Below are positions 58,793-64,000 of a stretch of DNA of 64,000 nucleotides, piece by piece. The stretch spans positions 1 through 64,000 of the forward strand of contig JAFGOA010000080.1 in NCBI GenBank assembly GCA_016926735.1, written 5' to 3'. Each line of letters begins with the position of its first letter. The stretch's first letter is position 1. Under the pieces are notes generated by a model, which saw nothing but the letters and a program-made list of their open reading frames with translations, made no database searches and was not told where the DNA came from. Source of the DNA: Promethearchaeota archaeon (lineage in GTDB: Archaea; Asgardarchaeota; Lokiarchaeia; Sigyniarchaeales; SOKP01). Position numbers and translations under genes: made by a program.

Positions 58793-59872
58793 ATGATTTT
58801 TCAATTAACTCCTGATCAAATGATATTTCTTAACCATTTAATGATGTATTTATCAACTATTGGTTTTGGTTTTGCATTAGCAAATGCTCTTATTGGTATA
58901 TCCCATATTAAAAATTTAAAAGAACTCTCTATTTCAGAGATAAAAGCGCATAAAGGATTTGGACGGACGGGTGGGCTGATTTTTTATTTATTATCAATAT
59001 TATGCATATATTTTGCAGTAATACCAAAATTAAATCCATCAGGTTTAGAAGATTTTATAAAACCAACAATATTTTGGCATACTTTCATTGGCGGTATAGT
59101 AGCATTTATTTTTCTTACAATAAAATTATCTATAGCAAAATTTAAGAAAGACTTAATTTATAAATATGGTAAATTTATAGGACCATTAGGATTTTCTGGA
59201 TGGTTTTTAGCTTATTTTACAAGTAATATAGATTTCTATTTTTATGTAATTCCAAATATTTCTTTTATGTCGAATCCGTATTTAATGCCCAATTTTTTTG
59301 TTTCCCTTATTTTTTCATTATTTATGGGCATTGTATTATTTATTGTTGTAAAAGCAATAAAATATAAAGAATATGGAGGTAAGAGTAAAGCACAATCTCT
59401 TCATGGTGTTGCTATGATTCTTCACGGAATTACATTTGGATATGAAGGAAGCGCTAAAGATCTAATTGGAACACCAGTACTTTATAAATATGTTTTTCCT
59501 AAGACCTATCAATTTTTAGAGAGATATGCGGGGCAAATTGGTTTAGATTTAGAAGAACTTAAAAAACATAATCTTAATGATGCATTAGAAATTGCAATGA
59601 ATAAATTCGCAAGTATAGGAATGGCTGAAAAACTAAAAATAAGATGGTTGTCTGATAATGAATTGACTATCGAATCTATAAATTGTTCGACCGCTGTCGT
59701 AAGATCATATATGAATTCAGATGAATTAATAGGATCTATATGTCCATGGGCAATTCTATCAGCAACGATTATTAATACACTAATTGATAAGGAATTAGAA
59801 ATAAGTCCAAGCGAATTTAATCAAATTGGAGCATTAACAAAATTAAAAATTATTGACAAAAAGAATATTTAA
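58793..59872 (+). CDS. Membrane protein: His-containing TM region plus C-terminal V4R/MetOD1-like Cys domain
   Basis: About five TM helices with His at helix starts (AHKGFG, FWHTFIG); soluble C-domain with ESINCST and ICPWA. Confidence 0.55.
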   Translation: MIFQLTPDQMIFLNHLMMYLSTIGFGFALANALIGISHIKNLKELSISEIKAHKGFGRTGGLIFYLLSILCIYFAVIPKLNPSGLEDFIKPTIFWHTFIGGIVAFIFLTIKLSIAKFKKDLIYKYGKFIGPLGFSGWFLAYFTSNIDFYFYVIPNISFMSNPYLMPNFFVSLIFSLFMGIVLFIVVKAIKYKEYGGKSKAQSLHGVAMILHGITFGYEGSAKDLIGTPVLYKYVFPKTYQFLERYAGQIGLDLEELKKHNLNDALEIAMNKFASIGMAEKLKIRWLSDNELTIESINCSTAVVRSYMNSDELIGSICPWAILSATIINTLIDKELEISPSEFNQIGALTKLKIIDKKNI

Positions 59873-60057
59873 TCGGAATTGGATACACATACTATTCTAT
59901 CCTTTTTTTCTAAAATTAAAGAGAAAGATTATACTCTTCGGTAGTTAATTTTTGTTTATTGATTTTTTTTTTTCTAAATACAAACAGATAAAAATTTCAA
60001 TTTCTATTTTCAATAATAAAAAAAATAATTTTACATAAAATAAATTGGTTTTTTAGA

Positions 60058-60372
60058 ATGGATAAAAAGAAAGACACAGTAGATAAGGAATTAGAATGTT
60101 ATTCTAATATAATTAATCTTTTTTCAAAATTTGATAAAGATCCTGTAACAATTGAAAAATGGAAAAATAATCTTATTACAAGACTTATGAATGCTTTAAA
60201 AGAACCTAAAAATGAAAGCTGGTTAAAAAATGCCCTTATTATATTACTTTCTTTAGTTGATAAAAAGCCATCAGATCTATATGCTAATATGGGTGAAAAT
60301 TTCAATATTCTTTCAAAAGAGGAAAAAGAATTAGTTCTTTCAAAATTAAAAGAGGAATTATCACTTGAATAA
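60058..60372 (+). CDS. Hypothetical helical protein (104 aa)
   Basis: ORF with ATG start, co-oriented with neighbours. Confidence 0.6.
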   Translation: MDKKKDTVDKELECYSNIINLFSKFDKDPVTIEKWKNNLITRLMNALKEPKNESWLKNALIILLSLVDKKPSDLYANMGENFNILSKEEKELVLSKLKEELSLE

Positions 60373-60485
60373 AAATTGGTTCTATCATGTAATTACTTTA
60401 AATCATTCCTAAATTTTTATATATTCAAAATAACTATTTTTTATTAAAAGAATTTTATTATTAGATATATCTGATATAATAAATT

Positions 60486-62393
60486 ATGAATTCCGACAAA
60501 ATCCCTAAACTTTTAGAGAGATATCTCAAAATAATTGGAAAAAAAACTAGGTTAGATATATTAAAATCATTAAGTAACAAAGATAATGCATTAACTTTTT
60601 CTGATATTCAGAAAGAAATATTTAATTTGGAAAATGGGAATATAAATCTTTCATTTCATTTAAATGCATTAAAGAAATTAGAACTTATAGAAACATCTCA
60701 ATCTGGGTATTCGATCTCAAATCTTGGTAAAGATATTCTTAAGAAGATTCTTGAAATTGAACAAACTTTAAACCATTTTAATAAATGTCTCTTGATTAGA
60801 ACCTCAAAATATATAACTGAACCCTTTGACTCTAAGAAAATTAATAATTTTCTCATTAAAGAAGCTGGTATGGAATCCTTTTTAGCCAAAAAAATTTCTA
60901 ATTTAGTACAAAATAAACTTTCAAAAACAAAGATAAAATATCTAACTTCACCTTTATTGAGAGAATATATAAATGGTATTCTTTTAGAGGAGGGATTAGA
61001 AGAATTTAGACATAAATTAACTAGATTGGGCGTACCACCTTATGATACAAATATTTTTTTTCAAAATAATTCATTAGATCCAGAATTATTTATAAAACGT
61101 ATGGGTTCTGAAGTATCAGAACAATTTCTTTTACTAAATCTTTTGCCAAATAATCTTGCAGATCTCTATCTTTCAAAAAAAATTATTTTAAAATTTTTGG
61201 ATTATTGGGCTTTAAGGCCTTTAAGCGTTTTTATCCAATTAAAAACCCTATTTAAATATTTAACAGATAACAATAACTCAGTCTATAATTTTGAAAATTT
61301 CTTCGAAGATAATCTTTATATGAAATTTAATACCAAACTACAGCATATCCTGAATTTAATATCTCCTTTTTTTTCAGATAATATATTTTTATTTAATAAT
61401 GAAGATCTAAATGAAAATATCTATAATGATGGGAAAAAAATAGATATATTTTTTAGTTCATTAGTATCTCAAATTAATATTTTTAACCAATTTAATAATT
61501 TTCCAAAAATAAATATTGGAATTAGTTATAATTATTCATCAATTGTTCAAATTATTAAGAAATTATTATCATTTGATTATTTATTAGAAACTAATCCTCT
61601 TATTTTTTATTTAGATCACTCCGAATTATATAATACAAATATATTTACCGAGATAACCCGTAATCCTTTAATATTAAAACACATAAATAAAATTGTATTC
61701 CAAATTGTACAAAAAAAATCAAATTCTTTAATTCTACCAAATCCTAATATAGAAAATGCTCAAAATTCGAATAGAATAGTTCTGGATAAAATTTTAATCA
61801 ATTTAAATCAAATTGCACAAGAAGCAAAAACAAATGATAATATTTTTTTTGAGATTTTGGAAGATCGTTTGAATTCAACATTTTCCTTGTTTGAATTCAA
61901 AGAAGACCTGATCCAAAAAAAAATAGGAAATTCAAAAACGTGGAGAATTATCATAGAAAATTTAATTCAAAATGATTTAAGTAATTGGATAAAGAAAACA
62001 ATAAAATCAATTAGTTTTATTGGTTTAAATGATGCTGTGCTGAACCATTGTGGATTAGAAATAGATAAGATTGAACAGAGTGAATCATTTGCTTGTAGCA
62101 TTCTTGAATTTATGAAAAAAAAAATAATTGAAAAAAACAATTTCGATAATAACATGTATTGTCTATCTCAACCCTCAATAGAATTTGGTTCATCTGATTA
62201 TGATTTAATTAGGCAAGATTCTAATTTACCACTTGAAAACAAAATAATTTTATTTAAAAAAATAAGTCAATTTATTGATGATGGGGCAGTATTTAATGTA
62301 AATTTAAAACCTGATGAAGAAGATCAAATTATACCTGTATCTAAAATAATAATAGATTCAAATATAAATAGGTTTAAATTTAATTTAAAATAG
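60486..62393 (+). CDS. ArsR-type HTH, ATP-cone and truncated/degenerate class III ribonucleotide reductase (NrdD-like) body
   Basis: TRLDILKSL...LSFHLNALKKLELI HTH; IRTS...EPFDSKKI...LTSPLLREYIN..L ATP cone; TRLGVPPYD; SISFIGLNDAV; no glycyl-radical domain. Confidence 0.8.
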   Translation: MNSDKIPKLLERYLKIIGKKTRLDILKSLSNKDNALTFSDIQKEIFNLENGNINLSFHLNALKKLELIETSQSGYSISNLGKDILKKILEIEQTLNHFNKCLLIRTSKYITEPFDSKKINNFLIKEAGMESFLAKKISNLVQNKLSKTKIKYLTSPLLREYINGILLEEGLEEFRHKLTRLGVPPYDTNIFFQNNSLDPELFIKRMGSEVSEQFLLLNLLPNNLADLYLSKKIILKFLDYWALRPLSVFIQLKTLFKYLTDNNNSVYNFENFFEDNLYMKFNTKLQHILNLISPFFSDNIFLFNNEDLNENIYNDGKKIDIFFSSLVSQINIFNQFNNFPKINIGISYNYSSIVQIIKKLLSFDYLLETNPLIFYLDHSELYNTNIFTEITRNPLILKHINKIVFQIVQKKSNSLILPNPNIENAQNSNRIVLDKILINLNQIAQEAKTNDNIFFEILEDRLNSTFSLFEFKEDLIQKKIGNSKTWRIIIENLIQNDLSNWIKKTIKSISFIGLNDAVLNHCGLEIDKIEQSESFACSILEFMKKKIIEKNNFDNNMYCLSQPSIEFGSSDYDLIRQDSNLPLENKIILFKKISQFIDDGAVFNVNLKPDEEDQIIPVSKIIIDSNINRFKFNLK

Positions 62394-62397
62394 AAAA

Positions 62398-63318
62398 TTA
62401 TTCTTTTAAAATTTCTGCTAAAATAGCTTGTCTCATTTTTAATCCATAAAATGTTTGCTTAAAATAAATAGCTTTTTTTGAATTATCAATATCTGTAGAT
62501 ATTTCATTAATTCTTGGTAAAGGATGTAATAATTTGAAGTTTTCTTTCGTTTGCGATAGATCTTTTTTAGTAAATATGTAAAAATTCTTAACTCTTTCAT
62601 ATTCTTCTAGATCAGCAAATCTTTCTTTTTGTATTCTTGTTATATATAGAACATCCAAATCATCTAAAATCCGTCTATAATCTGTAATCTCTTTAAATTT
62701 AAATCCTCTATAATGAAATAAATAATCTTTATATCTATTTCGCATTCTTAATTCTTCTGGACTAATAAAATAAAGTCCAATATTATATCGAGATAATAAA
62801 ATTGCTAGTGAATGAACTGTTCTTCCATATTTTAGATCTCCCATAATTCCTATATTTAATCCATCTAATTTCCCTAATTCTTCTTTAATTGTAAAAATAT
62901 CTAACAGTGCTTGTGTAGGATGCTCTTTACTTCCAGAACCCGCATTAATTATTGGAATATTAGAAAACCTTGCTGCCATCTTAGCAGAACCTTCACTAGA
63001 ATGGCGAATTACTATACAATCACTATAATTCTCTACTGTCCTAATAGTATCTGCTAAACTTTCACCTTTCTTTATAGATGATACATCCCCCGATTGGAAA
63101 CCAATAATGTTCCCCCCTAATCGAAGCATAGCTGATTCAAAACTTAATCTTGTTCTTGTGGATGGTTCAAAGAATAAAGTAGCTAAGATTTTTCCCTTTA
63201 AAATAGTTGAATCTTTAACTTTCAACATTTCATGTGCTTTTTTTAATAGATGATCTATATCTTCTCTATCAAAATCACGAGCACTTATTATCCCATCCTT
63301 AAATTTCTCCTTAAACAT
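62398..63318 (-). CDS. pyrB: Aspartate carbamoyltransferase catalytic subunit
   Basis: FFEPSTRTRLSFE, HPTQALLD, GDLKYGRTVHS, TRIQKERF, HPLPR. Confidence 0.97.
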   Translation of the reverse strand: MFKEKFKDGIISARDFDREDIDHLLKKAHEMLKVKDSTILKGKILATLFFEPSTRTRLSFESAMLRLGGNIIGFQSGDVSSIKKGESLADTIRTVENYSDCIVIRHSSEGSAKMAARFSNIPIINAGSGSKEHPTQALLDIFTIKEELGKLDGLNIGIMGDLKYGRTVHSLAILLSRYNIGLYFISPEELRMRNRYKDYLFHYRGFKFKEITDYRRILDDLDVLYITRIQKERFADLEEYERVKNFYIFTKKDLSQTKENFKLLHPLPRINEISTDIDNSKKAIYFKQTFYGLKMRQAILAEILKE

Positions 63319-63580
63319 ATTTTTTTTTTTTTTATAATTTATTAGAGGAGCTTCTTATATATTATTTTTTATTTAAAAAAATGTAGCTACATTTAAATCA
63401 TTATTATGAAGAATTCTCCTGGCATCTTTTTTTTAATCTTATATGAATCTTAAAAAAATAAAGAAACCTTGCTATTTTTAAACCATATTTGAATCAACTA
63501 AAATTAAGTTATTTTTGAAAAAATTTAAAATTTATAAAAAATTTTAAGCTATAAGATATAGGAAAATAGATTGAATTAAA

Positions 63581-63862
63581 ATGAAATACCCTAAAGAAGT
63601 AAATCGTTACTGTAAAAGTTGCCGCAAACATTCAAATCACTTAGTTTCTGTATATAAAAAAGGAAAAGAACGTATGCTTAATCATGGAAGAAGAAGAGTT
63701 GAGAGAAAAAAGAGAGGTTATGGTTCTTTTCCAAAGGAAATCTTTCATAAAAATGCTAAAATCAACAAAAGAACACAATTAATGTTTGAATGCTCTGAGT
63801 GCAAAAAGAAATTTTATGGAAAATCTTTTAGAGTTAAAAAATTTGAACTGCAACAAGTATAA
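63581..63862 (+). CDS. rpl44e: 50S ribosomal protein L44e (eL42)
   Basis: MKYPK...RYC..C.KH..H.V..YKKG, RKKRGYGS, FECSECKK. Confidence 0.95.
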   Translation: MKYPKEVNRYCKSCRKHSNHLVSVYKKGKERMLNHGRRRVERKKRGYGSFPKEIFHKNAKINKRTQLMFECSECKKKFYGKSFRVKKFELQQV

Positions 63863-63904
63863 TTTTAATTCTTATTATTATCATTAAACTCATAATTATT
63901 ATAA

Positions 63905-64000
63905 TTATTTTCTTCCAATGACTATCATTGGTTCCATTAAAAGTTCTAATTTTGAATATTCAACCAATAGTTTTTTAATATCATTAGTCAAATATTGTTT
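63905..64000 (-). CDS. Probable 3' end of a gene running in from beyond the window
   Basis: Open frame from 64000 to TAA 63905: KQYLTNDIKKLLVEYSKLELLMEPMIVIGRK. Confidence 0.45.
   Translation of the reverse strand, partial: KQYLTNDIKKLLVEYSKLELLMEPMIVIGRK

Noticed and set aside
4365-62155. Short ORFs in the track overlapping larger genes (4365, 6452, 7164, 9120, 11104, 22060, 25970, 26339, 39255, 41178, 44562, 46193, 49157, 52898, 53375, 53684, 60099, 60698, 61967)
   Set aside because: Antisense shadows of well-supported genes; S/F/I/L-rich composition typical of reverse frames in AT-rich DNA; no motifs
1-64000. tRNA, rRNA, CRISPR arrays, SECIS elements
   Set aside because: No GC-rich structured RNA-like stretch, regularly spaced repeat array or internal in-frame TGA in a redox gene was seen by eye; small ncRNAs cannot be excluded without covariance-model searches

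Overview
Very AT-rich archaeal chromosomal DNA, inferred to be from an Asgard archaeon (Lokiarchaeia-like). The basis is the archaeal information machinery (TFB, histone, RpoA1/A2/F, L21e, L30e, L35Ae, L44e, S12, S7, NusA, Pus10, XPD, NurA) together with many eukaryotic-signature proteins (Snf7/ESCRT-III, Rab-, Arf- and Rag-like GTPases, roadblock and longin domains, a eukaryote-like presenilin). Most of the window is housekeeping and metabolism (mch, FrhB-like, glgA, GH57, AroB', MetE-like, pyrB). The standout is a ~14 kb signalling island (44.1-57.8 kb) lying between rps12 and rps7, which are normally adjacent. It interleaves a PleC/DivJ-DivK-like two-component set (3 histidine kinases, 2 single-domain receivers) with 2 Arf-like and 2 Rag-like GTPases. 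It also contains apparent bridging fusions: a 7TM-longin-histidine kinase, a folliculin/DENN-like longin fused to a His-less HisKA, a Rag-like GTPase fused to a wHTH, and an Arf-like GTPase with a polybasic/WH2/Pro-rich WASP-like tail. Other notable signals are SD-led non-AUG starts (clearest for XPD), patches of G/C-ending synonymous codons confined to catalytic motifs of RNAP and Pus10, a C-terminal appendage on RpoA1, an HTH-ATP-cone-NrdD pseudoenzyme, and a roadblock protein with LD-like motifs. No rRNA, tRNA, CRISPR array, transposase, integrase or intein was recognised. All family calls are by-eye motif recognition; no database searches were run.
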